DNA of 43,948 bases from a virus. Taxonomy: Duplodnaviria; Caudoviricetes. The notes beneath the pieces are model-generated. The model made no database searches, was not told the DNA's origin, and saw only the letters and a program-made list of their open reading frames with translations. This document shows positions 24,712-35,029 of this stretch, in pieces. The stretch is taken from positions 1-43,948 of IMG/VR virus record IMGVR_UViG_3300043037_000014; one strand, given 5' to 3'. Each line of letters begins with the position of its first letter. Position 1 is the first letter of the stretch. The position numbers and the translations under genes were made by a program.

Positions 24712-25386
24712 ATGACCAAAGCACTACTAAACATCATCAAGGCAGAATATGAACATACCAGTCAAAACATTGAGCAACTGTGTGATAAATATAACTGTAC
24801 TACTAAAGACCTAAAAGGCTATACTACCTGGAATAAAAACATCCTGCAGCCAACTAAAAGCAAAGAAACAGAGACATATGTAAAATTAGTTTATGAGACT
24901 CTATACTCACCAACTCTAGAAGATATAGATTTTGAAACAGAAAGTAACATAGTTTCTGAGAATAACATAGCTTCCGAAGATGAAAGTAATATAGTTTCTG
25001 AGGATGAAGAATTAGACATTGAAGTGGTTGAGGATGAAGAGGTCACCAAGGATATTATTCACAAAACCGCGGAGCAAATACTAAATAAACAGCCAGTGTC
25101 AAAAAACGACATCCCTAAACCTTTACAAGATAGTTTCGAGGGACTACGTAAGTTGGATATTAAGCTGCAAAACCAATCAATAAGAATATTAGATAAGCTA
25201 GATGTGATGCTATTAGATGCTGAAACACCAAAAGACCTAAGGGATTTAGCTGCAGTCCATACATCAATAAGAGATGTGTATTTTAATACTAAATCACCTA
25301 TGATTAATATATTGAATGGTGATGTGAATATGTCACAACAGTCAGAGTTAGCTACACTTCTTGAAGGAACATCAGATGACTGCTAA
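24712..25386 (+). CDS. terS: Putative terminase small subunit
   Basis: Directly upstream of and overlapping terL; N-terminal HTH-like segment, helical C-terminus; call is positional. Confidence 0.65.
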   Translation: MTKALLNIIKAEYEHTSQNIEQLCDKYNCTTKDLKGYTTWNKNILQPTKSKETETYVKLVYETLYSPTLEDIDFETESNIVSENNIASEDESNIVSEDEELDIEVVEDEEVTKDIIHKTAEQILNKQPVSKNDIPKPLQDSFEGLRKLDIKLQNQSIRILDKLDVMLLDAETPKDLRDLAAVHTSIRDVYFNTKSPMINILNGDVNMSQQSELATLLEGTSDDC

Positions 25387-26920
25387 CCTAACACCTCAAC
25401 AAATAAAAAACCTAACTTCTAAAATGTGGAGGTTGAACAACTTATACACGATAATCACAAAGGATAAGCGAAAGACAATATTAAAACTTAACTACTCACA
25501 ACGTCAAGTGCTTACGCAATTTAAACATCCTAGGAAAATAATACTCAAATCAAGGCAACAGGGAATATCTACACTATACTGTGCATATTACTTGGATAGT
25601 TGCATAACAAAGCCAAACTATTCTGCGGGTATACAGTCGTATGGGAAGGATGAGGCTGAAAAGCTAGCACAGAGAGCCAAGCTAATGTGGGACGAAATAC
25701 CAGAAGCGTTCAAACGCGCATTAGGAATAGATTTAGTGAAGTGTAATACACAAGAGATGCAGTTTTCAAATGGGTCAATCTTTAAAATAGGTAACTTTAG
25801 AGGTGATACTTTACAAGGTCTTCATGTTTCAGAGCTTGGTAAGATAGCTATTAAATTCCCTGAAAAGGCAAGAGAGTTAAAAACTGGAGCTTTTGAAGCT
25901 GTAGGTAAAGGGAATAAGATAACTATTGAGTCGACAGCAGAAGGTAAAACAGGGTTATTTTATGAACTATGGAAGAAAGCTATAGCTAAGTCACAGACCT
26001 CACAAGAGTTGACACCTTTCGATTTTGAAGCCATATTTTTAAGTTGGATGCAGGACCCAGACTGTAATATAGATACTAGGATAGCGATACCAGTCGAACT
26101 ATCTAAATATTTTAACGATTTAGAGCAGCTATTAAACATTAAATTAATAGATACACAGAAGTGGTGGTATTGTGCAAAATATGAAACACTTGGTGAGGAT
26201 ATGAAGCGAGAGTATCCATCTTATCCAGAGGAAGCTTTTGAGCAGTCAGTGGAAGGAACATACTACAAAAATGAATATGCAAAACTGAGAATAGGTTCTG
26301 AACTATATGACCCTAACTTGCGAGTTCATTCTGCATTTGACCTAGGTATGAATGATGACTTCTCTATAGGCTTTTTTCAGATAGATATACGTGACCAGGT
26401 AAAAATAATAGGTGAATATACTAACTCTGGTCATGGACTAGAGCACTACGCAGACGTGTTTAAGCAACTGACAAAAACTAGAGGATGGAAACACGGAATA
26501 ACATTTGTACCTCACGATATTAAACAAAGAGAGTTGATAGCTGGTAAAACAAGATGGCAAGCTCTAAAAGAATTAGGTTTTAACCCAGTATTAGTTAAAA
26601 AGCATAAAGTACAAGATGGTATAGAGGCTACAAGACAGTTCCTAAAAGAGGTTATAATAGATGAAAGCTGTGAGACTATAAGAGGAGCGATACAAAACTA
26701 TAGAAAGAGATATGACCAGAAATTAGGCGTTTTCTTAGATGCACCTTTACACGATGAGTTCTCACACCCTGCTGATATGTTAAGATATATGGCGATGGGT
26801 TGTAAGTATAGAAAACCAACAGATAACTTAGTTACGGGTGGGTATAGATATTATAGTAGTTATAGTTCTTCTAAATCAAACTCAACTAATAGATTTAGAA
26901 CTTCTGGGTATGATGTTTAA
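25376..26920 (+). CDS. terL: Terminase large subunit
   Basis: ILKSRQQGIST Walker A, LHVSE Walker B variant, ESTAEG, REYP..PEEAF, AFDLG, PHD, HPADMLRY. Confidence 0.95.
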   Translation: MTANLTPQQIKNLTSKMWRLNNLYTIITKDKRKTILKLNYSQRQVLTQFKHPRKIILKSRQQGISTLYCAYYLDSCITKPNYSAGIQSYGKDEAEKLAQRAKLMWDEIPEAFKRALGIDLVKCNTQEMQFSNGSIFKIGNFRGDTLQGLHVSELGKIAIKFPEKARELKTGAFEAVGKGNKITIESTAEGKTGLFYELWKKAIAKSQTSQELTPFDFEAIFLSWMQDPDCNIDTRIAIPVELSKYFNDLEQLLNIKLIDTQKWWYCAKYETLGEDMKREYPSYPEEAFEQSVEGTYYKNEYAKLRIGSELYDPNLRVHSAFDLGMNDDFSIGFFQIDIRDQVKIIGEYTNSGHGLEHYADVFKQLTKTRGWKHGITFVPHDIKQRELIAGKTRWQALKELGFNPVLVKKHKVQDGIEATRQFLKEVIIDESCETIRGAIQNYRKRYDQKLGVFLDAPLHDEFSHPADMLRYMAMGCKYRKPTDNLVTGGYRYYSSYSSSKSNSTNRFRTSGYDV

Positions 26921-26926
26921 TATTAT

Positions 26927-26964
26927 TTTAATGTTTATTTTGATATAATATAAATTGATATAAT
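26927..26964 (+). promoter_or_regulatory. Tandem extended -10 promoters for the scaffold/capsid operon
   Basis: TGATATAAT at 26941 and 26956 after TTTAA. Confidence 0.7.
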
Positions 26965-26978
26965 ATTAAAGGATTGTT

Positions 26979-27611
26979 ATGAGTACACCCAACAAGGACA
27001 CTCAGACACCAAATGGTTCTGAGCAACACGTAGATTACGAGAAGCGTTATAAGGACTTGCAGTCGGTCTTTACCAAGACTACACAAGAACTTAAGGTCAC
27101 AAAGGCTAAGGTAGAAGCACTTGCAAAGCTTACCCAACCTAAAGTGGAGCTAGATGAGGCTACAGCTGCAGAGCTAGAAGAGTTAAAATTTTCAGACCCA
27201 GATGCATGGAGAGCTAAAGTTAACAGCTTAGAGGCTGAAGCGAACAAGAAACATCTTGAAAGCTTGTCAGAAGTTGAAAAACAAGCCTCATTGCAAGCGG
27301 AACTGGAAAGAAGAGCTCAAGTATTGGAAGATTTTAACCAGAGACATCCTGAATTGCAAATAAATGATGACGTCATAAATTCAGATATACCTCCTAGGTT
27401 TACCAAAAAACTTGAGTCTGGTGCAATTAGCTTCGAAGACTTCCTAAACGAGGTTGCAGAATACCTAAAAACACCAAAAGTTATAGGTTCTAAAGATAAA
27501 ACTCTTGAACAACCTAATTTGGGTAAAATAGGAGGAGATAATACTCCTACAAAAGGTGCTATTGAAAGAGATTTAATAGCTGATTATAAAAATAATAAAG
27601 TAGTTTTTTAA
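26979..27611 (+). CDS. Capsid scaffolding protein
   Basis: YEKRYKDLQ..FTK..QE coiled coil; immediately before the capsid gene. Confidence 0.8.
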   Translation: MSTPNKDTQTPNGSEQHVDYEKRYKDLQSVFTKTTQELKVTKAKVEALAKLTQPKVELDEATAAELEELKFSDPDAWRAKVNSLEAEANKKHLESLSEVEKQASLQAELERRAQVLEDFNQRHPELQINDDVINSDIPPRFTKKLESGAISFEDFLNEVAEYLKTPKVIGSKDKTLEQPNLGKIGGDNTPTKGAIERDLIADYKNNKVVF

Positions 27612-27624
27612 CTAGGAGATATTT

Positions 27625-28755
27625 ATGGCTGATGGAACAGGAAAAGTCGATTATAATTCAGACTTAATTAGAAAGCAGTGGATGTCAGAGGGACTTATTC
27701 AAAAGTCTGCTACATCTTTTTGGGCACCTTATAAAGGCACAACAAAAGACTCAATCATTATGGTAACAAATGACATTTCTGCTGGAAATGGTCATACTGT
27801 AGTTTTTGATATGGATGGTAACTTGAGTGGTAAACCTGTAAAAGGTAATACAACAGCTAAAGGTACTGGTGAGCAAAAGAGAAAATTCTCTGATAAACTC
27901 ACTGTTGCTGACTATAGATATGTAGTTGATAATGGTACAAAATTTGATGGTGTTGAAATTGGGGACCTTTCAATCAATGAACACTCTGACTCAAGAAGTA
28001 AACTAGCTGACCTTTGGGTACGTTCAGATGACCAAGGTTATTTTGACCTAGCTCAACAAGGCGCAGAGTTTGGTATTGATTTAGGTTCTGACGCAACATT
28101 TGATGATATGCTAGCCGTTGAAGAAGTAGTTAAGAATGGCTATGGTTTTGATACTTCACCTAGTGGTATTTCAACTAGATTACCTCTTAAACCTTTTATG
28201 CTTGCGAATGGTGAGCCAGTATGGTTGTGGTTAGTTGATGTATCTTTCAAAAGAAAGATGCTAGCTTCTAACGGTATGCAGTCAATGCTACAAAGTGCTG
28301 ACCTTAGAGGAAATGATAATAGGCTTATCAAAGGTGCTTTAGGTAAAATAGGTAACTTCCTATTTGTTGAAGCTGGTTCATTCTTTGGTACAACAACAGG
28401 CGATATTTTAGATGCTGAAGGTTACTATAATTATGACAAAACAAGTATAGAAATGGCTGGTATGAGAAGATATGACTCTGTAAATGGTGCTTGGACTGGT
28501 GAAGAAGGTTTTGATATTGCATCTACTATCAAGTCTAGAAGTGTTATACTTGGAGCTGGAGCATTCCAAAAAGCTAATGGTAAAATGCCTAACTATGAAG
28601 TAGAATTCACAGATTTCAAAAAATTCTCAGAGTCTTGTATGGAAGTATGGTGCGGAGCTAAAAATACTAAGCTTATAGCTGAAAATAGCGATTATAATAT
28701 GGCTAAAGTTGCGGGATATAACTTTGGTTCTATCTTCGTTGACGTAACACTTTAA
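27625..28755 (+). CDS. Major capsid protein (N4-gp56/DUF4043-like)
   Basis: G.TVVFD..G.LSG..VKG...A.G.GE, R.KL.D.W...DD, N.L.KG.LG.I; AGGAG RBS. Confidence 0.88.
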   Translation: MADGTGKVDYNSDLIRKQWMSEGLIQKSATSFWAPYKGTTKDSIIMVTNDISAGNGHTVVFDMDGNLSGKPVKGNTTAKGTGEQKRKFSDKLTVADYRYVVDNGTKFDGVEIGDLSINEHSDSRSKLADLWVRSDDQGYFDLAQQGAEFGIDLGSDATFDDMLAVEEVVKNGYGFDTSPSGISTRLPLKPFMLANGEPVWLWLVDVSFKRKMLASNGMQSMLQSADLRGNDNRLIKGALGKIGNFLFVEAGSFFGTTTGDILDAEGYYNYDKTSIEMAGMRRYDSVNGAWTGEEGFDIASTIKSRSVILGAGAFQKANGKMPNYEVEFTDFKKFSESCMEVWCGAKNTKLIAENSDYNMAKVAGYNFGSIFVDVTL

Positions 28756-28766
28756 GGAGATAGACC

Positions 28767-29159
28767 ATGGCTGATTTAAGATATGAGAATAAAAATAACC
28801 AAAAGAAAACTAGAAGCGTATTTGCTTCTGGGGTAATTGGTACTTCTGCTACAATGGCAGAAACACTCTTTACATTACCTGCAGCGTCAATAGTTACAGC
28901 TGTGTATGCGGTAGTTTTAACTGCATCTGGTACAGCTACTGATACTGTAGATGTAAAAGTAGGTTCAACTGTAGTTGCAAATGAGATAGTCGTAGGTACT
29001 ACAGGTACAAAAACTGGTTCTGTTACTGCAGCATATTTTGAAACTGGTGGAGTTGTTTCTGTAGTAGCTGGAGCGGATGCTCCTGATGATGTAGGGGAGA
29101 TAAAAATAGTTGTTGAGTACATTGAGACTGAACTAACAAATGGTCAATATACTGACTAA
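28767..29159 (+). CDS. Capsid decoration/cement protein
   Basis: 130 aa, Thr/Val/Gly beta-rich, after the capsid gene and before a terminator. Confidence 0.65.
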   Translation: MADLRYENKNNQKKTRSVFASGVIGTSATMAETLFTLPAASIVTAVYAVVLTASGTATDTVDVKVGSTVVANEIVVGTTGTKTGSVTAAYFETGGVVSVVAGADAPDDVGEIKIVVEYIETELTNGQYTD

Positions 29160-29167
29160 AATTAACA

Positions 29168-29205
29168 GAGTAGCCTACTAATTAGGCTACTCAATTAATT
29201 TTATT
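29168..29205 (+). terminator. Intrinsic terminator after the capsid operon
   Basis: GAGTAGCCTA-CTAAT-TAGGCTACTC followed by a T-rich tract. Confidence 0.75.
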
Positions 29206-29217
29206 TAAGGTAAGATA

Positions 29218-29973
29218 ATGAGTCGAATATCTGATATATTAGCTAATGTCAGGGATATATTAGCTGATGAGACAAAGCAAAGATGGTCTGATGATAAGCT
29301 CATTAGACACCTAAACTCTGGTATAAAAGAAATAGTTGTAAAAACTGGATGTTTACGAGAGCGGTTATTCTTGGAACTAGAGGCTAATACAGCTTTATAT
29401 GATTTAAGTGAATATGTTATTAAATTTTTACGTGTTCAATATATGAACAAAGTTATATCTGCAAAAACTTCAAATGAATTAGATACTATTAGTCCTACTT
29501 GGCAAGAAGATGTAGGTAATGAAGTGCTTTTCGTTACTTTTGATAATCTACCAGAAGGTTGGTTAAGAATATACCCTAAAATTACAGATGGTTTAGATAA
29601 TGTTACACAAAATCAAGTATATGGCGGGTTGATAGATATAACAGTTACTGAGGATGTCTATAAAGTTCCATCTTTTGGTAATTTAGAAGAAGGTATAGAA
29701 AAATACTTAGTTTTATATGTTCTTAAAAAGCCTAATATAGTAACTATAGATACAGTAAATGAGGACATGGAAATAGACTCTATGTATGATAAAGCTTTAG
29801 AGTATTATATCTCTGGTCATATTCTTAGAGCCGATACAGATACTCAAAATAGAAGTTTTGGTGCTGAGCAATTACAACTCTTCGCTGGTTGTTTAGGAGA
29901 TACAAAAGTAAATACTGTTTTATCTAGTAACGTAGTTAAAACAAGAACAGTAGCATATAAAGGGTTTATATAA
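29218..29973 (+). CDS. Head-tail adaptor protein
   Basis: I...VR..L.D....RWSD..L...LN.G, Y.L, L.IYP, Y..AL.YY pattern. Confidence 0.75.
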   Translation: MSRISDILANVRDILADETKQRWSDDKLIRHLNSGIKEIVVKTGCLRERLFLELEANTALYDLSEYVIKFLRVQYMNKVISAKTSNELDTISPTWQEDVGNEVLFVTFDNLPEGWLRIYPKITDGLDNVTQNQVYGGLIDITVTEDVYKVPSFGNLEEGIEKYLVLYVLKKPNIVTIDTVNEDMEIDSMYDKALEYYISGHILRADTDTQNRSFGAEQLQLFAGCLGDTKVNTVLSSNVVKTRTVAYKGFI

Positions 29974-31760
29974 TGAACGTAACAATCAATAGACAAAAAC
30001 TAGGTTTAGAAGACCTTTTAATAGGTTCAGGCACAGAAACACAAATACGTAGTGGAAAAGAAGTAGAAATTACCAAGCTTAATGTAGACGCTTTACCTTA
30101 TGGCGACCAAGGGTCTACATTTAGAGAAATTGTAACTGAAATGGCAGGAGCTAGAGATGAAGCAGTTCAGGCGGCTATAGAGACAGGTAATGATTTATCG
30201 GCTATCCAAGCTATTGAGCAAAATGTGATAATCTTAGAGGGCCAAGCATCTAATAGTAAAGATGCTGCTGCTTTATCAGAGCAAAATGCAGCACTCTCAG
30301 CCCAAGAAGCTTTAAATTATGAACAAGCAGCTGCGGCTATATTAGATACTTTTGATGATAGATATTTAGGTTCCTTTGCCACAGCTCCTTTAGTAGATAA
30401 CGATGGTGATACTTTACAAGATGGAGCTTTATATTTTGATAGTACTATTAAAGCTTTACATGTGTATGATTTAGCTACTACAACGTGGATAAGCTTACCT
30501 GTTACTTCTTTATCTTCTATGACTGATATAGTTTTAAATTCTTTAACAACTGGACAATATCTACAATGGAATGGTAGCACTTGGGTAAATGTAGACTTAG
30601 AAATTTATACTACTATGGAAGACTTAACTGATACTTTATTTACCAATAAAACTACAGGTGACTTGGTTTACTTTGATGGTACTAATTGGGTAAATGTAAA
30701 TATATTTACTCAAGAACATGAGTGGACTCAAATACAAAAATTTGCATCAATTCAATTAACAGGTGGTGACAGTACTCAAGGTATTATGTCGTGGAATACT
30801 GATGAAAGAACAATAGATTTAACGCTTAATGGAGTAACTCTACAACTTGGGCAAGAACAATTAATAGGCGTAAGAAATAATTCAGGTAGTTTAATTGCTA
30901 ATAAAACTGTTTGTATGTACACTGGCACAATAGGTAATAGCGGTAAAATAGAAGTAGAGCCTTGTGATGCTCAAAGTGAAGATATGTTAGTCGGTATAGC
31001 TACTGAAGATATACCTAACGGAGAAGATGGTTTTATTACAACTTTTGGTAAACTTAGAGGAGTAGATACATCTGCTTGGAATGAGGGAGATATTCTATAT
31101 GTAGCTTCAGGTGGGCAATTAACTAATGTAGAGCCTTTAGGTGTTAAAATACCTGTAGCTGTAGTTATTAGTTCTTCTGTAGCAGGTACGTTATTTGTAA
31201 GAATTAGTAATTTTGACCAAAACAAATATGCTATTAAAACCGAAGTAAATAATGCATTAGATTTAAAAGCAAATAGCAGTGATATATATACAAAAACAGA
31301 GCTTAATAATGGACAACTAGATAGTAGGTACTATACAGAGAGTGAAGCAGATGCACTGTTCGAACCTGCTGACAGCACTATACTAAAAGATGCTGATATA
31401 GGGGTTACTGTACAAGGGTATGATGCTGATACGGCTAAATTAGATGAAGCTCAAACATTCACAGCACCACAAAGAGGAACTATAACGGTAGATAATGATG
31501 GAAACTTTGATTTGAATGTAACCAATAACTTCAGCTGTACACCTACTGCTTTGTTTACATTAACATTTACAAATATTAGTGCTGGACAAAGTGGTCAGAT
31601 ACTACTAGACAATACTGGTGGTTATGTGATTACTGCTGATACCAACACTAAAGTAGATGCTAATTTTCTAAGTACAATATCAACTGCTGGGGTGTATGTG
31701 TTGGGGTATTTCTCAAATGGCACTAATGTATATGTTTACAATAGTGGGGCTATGGTATGA
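29973..31760 (+). CDS. Tail fibre protein
   Basis: Ala-rich coiled coil, FDDRYLG..P..DNDG..L..GALYF, repeated G..L..DG..WVN, GIATE.I..G..G, LD.RYYTE.E. Confidence 0.8.
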   Translation: MNVTINRQKLGLEDLLIGSGTETQIRSGKEVEITKLNVDALPYGDQGSTFREIVTEMAGARDEAVQAAIETGNDLSAIQAIEQNVIILEGQASNSKDAAALSEQNAALSAQEALNYEQAAAAILDTFDDRYLGSFATAPLVDNDGDTLQDGALYFDSTIKALHVYDLATTTWISLPVTSLSSMTDIVLNSLTTGQYLQWNGSTWVNVDLEIYTTMEDLTDTLFTNKTTGDLVYFDGTNWVNVNIFTQEHEWTQIQKFASIQLTGGDSTQGIMSWNTDERTIDLTLNGVTLQLGQEQLIGVRNNSGSLIANKTVCMYTGTIGNSGKIEVEPCDAQSEDMLVGIATEDIPNGEDGFITTFGKLRGVDTSAWNEGDILYVASGGQLTNVEPLGVKIPVAVVISSSVAGTLFVRISNFDQNKYAIKTEVNNALDLKANSSDIYTKTELNNGQLDSRYYTESEADALFEPADSTILKDADIGVTVQGYDADTAKLDEAQTFTAPQRGTITVDNDGNFDLNVTNNFSCTPTALFTLTFTNISAGQSGQILLDNTGGYVITADTNTKVDANFLSTISTAGVYVLGYFSNGTNVYVYNSGAMV

Positions 31761-34021
31761 TACAGTCAAATGTAATACCAAAGCTACCTAGTGGTTACAA
31801 CATTGAACAGTCATTAAGGTTTAATGATGATGATAGTGCTTATTTAAGTAGAACTCCTAGTGTAGCTGGTAATAGAAAGACTTGGACATATTCAACTTGG
31901 GTTAAGAGAGGAAATTTAGGAACAATACAAGATATTTTTACACAAGGATGCGCAGCAAATCCTTATTATTATTTAAGACTTGGATTTTTAGCTAATAATA
32001 CCCTTGAAGTCCTAGGGTATGATGATGCTATTAGTTTAGCTGGAGCTACCACTAGGCTATTTAGGGATACATCTTCTTGGTATCATATAGTTTTACATTT
32101 TAATACCACTCAAGCTGTAAATACTGAAAGATTTAAAATATTTGTCAATGGAGTTCAAGCTACTCTAGGTGCTGGTACTTTTGAACTAACCTACCCAGTA
32201 CAAAATTATGAGTCACAATTAAATAACACAACATATCCTATGTATGTAGGTAAGCACACAAATATATCCAACTATCTGGATAGTTACCTAGCAGAAACTC
32301 ACTTCATAGATGGTCAAGCATTAACACCAGATTACTTCGGAGAATTTGATGCTACTTATGGCCATTGGAAACCAAAGAAGTATGATGGTACTTATGGTAC
32401 TAATGGGTTTTACTTGCCATATAGTAATGGTGGAAATATAGGAGAGGATAGTTCAGGTAATGGTAATCACTTTACAGCTACTAATCTAAGTGCTACTGAT
32501 ATTGTGTTGGATAGTCCCACTAATAATTTTGCAACCTTGAATGTGTTAAATTCTACAGGTCAAACAAAGACACTATATGAAGGAAACTTAAAGTCTATTG
32601 TTGGAACTTCAACAACTGTTAATGGTTACGTTACTTCAACTATTGAAGCACAAGGCAAATCTTACTTTGAGGTATTGACTAATAATATTCCAACACAATG
32701 GTGTGTAATTGGTTTTGATGGTAACTATTCAAGATTACAATTTTATTCAAGTGGTACAAGTACTATGCTAAATGGAATAACATATCAAACAGGACTATCT
32801 CTTCTAAGTGCAGGTGATATTATAGGGGTAGCATCAGATGTAGATGCAGGTACTATTCAATTCTATAGAAACGGAGTAGCTTTAGGTAATCAGCTTACAG
32901 GTGTTAATTTTAATACTAAAGATATAATGCTTACTCAAATAACATCAAGTTCTATGAATATAAACTTCGGTCAAGACTCATCATTCGCTGGTAACAAAAC
33001 ACCACAAGGCTACACAGATGCTAAAGGTATAGGAGACTTCTATTATCAACCACCTGAAGGATATTTAGCTTTGTGCACTACTAACTTACCTTGGCCTACT
33101 GTTGTACCTAGTAAGCATTTTGATGTGGTATTAGATACTGGTGCAAATATTAAAACAACAGCTGAAGGCGTTTTTGGTGATGGTTTATATTGGATTAAAG
33201 ATAGGGCAAATGCAACAGACCATCAACTAATAGATTATGTTAGAGGAACATCTGCTGTACTAAGAACACCAATTACGACAATAGGTTACGAAACAACATA
33301 TTTTACGCCTACTGGAAGTAGTGTAGCCTGGAACTGGAAAGCTGGTGGTACTCCAGTAACTAATACAGATGGTACTATTACTTCTCAAGTAAGTGCTAAT
33401 GTAGATGCTGGGTTTAGTATTGTTGGTTGGACAGATACATCAAGTGGGAGCGATACTGTTGGTCATGGATTACTACAAACACTCCAATTAGTTATAACTA
33501 AAAGTAGAAGTGTCTCTGGAAACTGGTACACATTTACTAATGTAGTTGATGGTAGTACAGATTTCCTACTACTACAAGCAACAAGTGCTAAAGCTGATGC
33601 TACTCAAGTTTTAGGAAGTACGACTTTTTCAACGATAGGAGTAAATTATGGCAATTGCATAGGATATGCTTTTCACTCAGTTGAGGGTTACAGTAAGATA
33701 GGTACTTATATAGGTAATGGTAGTGCAGATGGTACGTTTGTATATTGTAACCATAAGCCAAAATATGTGATGATAAAGAGAACGGATAGCACAGGTAACT
33801 GGATTGTAGTAGATATTGAAAGAGGACTATATAACTCTGTTGATGATATTCTGTATCCAAATTTATCAAATGCTGAAGCAAGTAATTCTACACTAGATGT
33901 TGATTTTACGTCTAATGGATTTAAACTTAGAACAACTGATGCAAACATGAATGCAAGTGGCGGAGTTTATTTATTCTACAGCGTAGCAGAACAACCTTTT
34001 AAATTTAGTAACGCGAGATAA
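31757..34021 (+). CDS. Concanavalin A (LamG)/SPRY-containing receptor-binding fibre protein
   Basis: SLRFNDDDSAYLSRTP, WT.S.WVKRG, FRD.S.WYHIV, GTNGFYL, DSPTNNFATLN, NFGQDSSF, AGFSIV, GYSK.G.Y.GNG. Confidence 0.8.
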   Translation: MIQSNVIPKLPSGYNIEQSLRFNDDDSAYLSRTPSVAGNRKTWTYSTWVKRGNLGTIQDIFTQGCAANPYYYLRLGFLANNTLEVLGYDDAISLAGATTRLFRDTSSWYHIVLHFNTTQAVNTERFKIFVNGVQATLGAGTFELTYPVQNYESQLNNTTYPMYVGKHTNISNYLDSYLAETHFIDGQALTPDYFGEFDATYGHWKPKKYDGTYGTNGFYLPYSNGGNIGEDSSGNGNHFTATNLSATDIVLDSPTNNFATLNVLNSTGQTKTLYEGNLKSIVGTSTTVNGYVTSTIEAQGKSYFEVLTNNIPTQWCVIGFDGNYSRLQFYSSGTSTMLNGITYQTGLSLLSAGDIIGVASDVDAGTIQFYRNGVALGNQLTGVNFNTKDIMLTQITSSSMNINFGQDSSFAGNKTPQGYTDAKGIGDFYYQPPEGYLALCTTNLPWPTVVPSKHFDVVLDTGANIKTTAEGVFGDGLYWIKDRANATDHQLIDYVRGTSAVLRTPITTIGYETTYFTPTGSSVAWNWKAGGTPVTNTDGTITSQVSANVDAGFSIVGWTDTSSGSDTVGHGLLQTLQLVITKSRSVSGNWYTFTNVVDGSTDFLLLQATSAKADATQVLGSTTFSTIGVNYGNCIGYAFHSVEGYSKIGTYIGNGSADGTFVYCNHKPKYVMIKRTDSTGNWIVVDIERGLYNSVDDILYPNLSNAEASNSTLDVDFTSNGFKLRTTDANMNASGGVYLFYSVAEQPFKFSNAR

Positions 34022-34034
34022 TAAGGAGCAATAA

Positions 34035-34778
34035 ATGTACATAAACAGAGATACAAGAAAAGTATACAAAGGTAACACGTCTATTGTTTTACCTACTGAG
34101 GTAGAAGTTAAAAAACTTACTTTAGATGATAAAGGAAACCCTACGTTCAATGAGAACGGCGAACCTATATACACAGTTGTAACAGAAATCAAAGACATTC
34201 TTTACCCAAGACAAATATGGGAAGATAGAGAGTTATTAAAATCGTTTAATATTTATCCATATAGAGAAGTAGGTGTAGACAGCAGATACTATTGGCAAGG
34301 GCAAGGAAATATTGTAGATGGAGAAACTGAAACTGTATGTACTTATGAAGCTATACCAAAACTATTAGATGATAAGTTAGAGTTTAATGAAGATGGTACT
34401 CCTATGTTAGATAGTGACGGTAAGCAAGTAGTTACTAAAGGTTTAAAGTCAGCATTAAAAGCTAAAGTATCAACTAAGTACAAAGCTATTATGGAAAGAC
34501 CAGCAGTTGATACTGGATTAGGGTTCAGTGTAGATGGTGGATATGCCGATTTGCAGAACTTTCAGATAGGTAAAGAGTTTGGACTCCCACAAGTTAAAGA
34601 TGTGAATGGTGTATTCCATGATGTAACTGCTGAGGACTATGACACTATAATTGCAGCTATTAAAGCTAAGGGATTACAGTTGTATAATGAGAAGTGGTTG
34701 GCAGAACAAGAAGTAGAAGCTATTAGCACACTTGAAGAGTTGATGGCTTATGAAAACCAAATAAGTGAAGGAATGTAG
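34035..34778 (+). CDS. Tail fibre assembly-like protein (DUF4376-like C-terminus)
   Basis: Follows the fibre genes; C-terminal L...KW.....V.A..T.EEL. Confidence 0.55.
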   Translation: MYINRDTRKVYKGNTSIVLPTEVEVKKLTLDDKGNPTFNENGEPIYTVVTEIKDILYPRQIWEDRELLKSFNIYPYREVGVDSRYYWQGQGNIVDGETETVCTYEAIPKLLDDKLEFNEDGTPMLDSDGKQVVTKGLKSALKAKVSTKYKAIMERPAVDTGLGFSVDGGYADLQNFQIGKEFGLPQVKDVNGVFHDVTAEDYDTIIAAIKAKGLQLYNEKWLAEQEVEAISTLEELMAYENQISEGM

Positions 34779-34779
34779 T

Positions 34780-35028
34780 ATGACACATGAAAAACTTATA
34801 GCAAAGTTTGAGAATGATGTAGCTAAGAGGAGTCGTATAATGCGTTTTCTACTAGTTTTAGACCAACTAGGTAATGTTCTGTTCCTTAATGGTAGTCAAG
34901 ATGAAACAATCAGTAGCCACATAGGTAGACGAATCCAGGCTGGTAAAGCTACTTGGATAGAGAAGAAGTTATGTTGTTTATTAAAGAAAATAGAAGGTAA
35001 TCATTGCCTTAAAAGCTTAGGAGAATAA
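34780..35028 (+). CDS. Small phage protein (82 aa)
   Basis: LDQLGNV...G..DETISS..GR ... HC..S; start better at ATG 34780. Confidence 0.7.
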   Translation: MTHEKLIAKFENDVAKRSRIMRFLLVLDQLGNVLFLNGSQDETISSHIGRRIQAGKATWIEKKLCCLLKKIEGNHCLKSLGE

Positions 35029-35029
35029 G

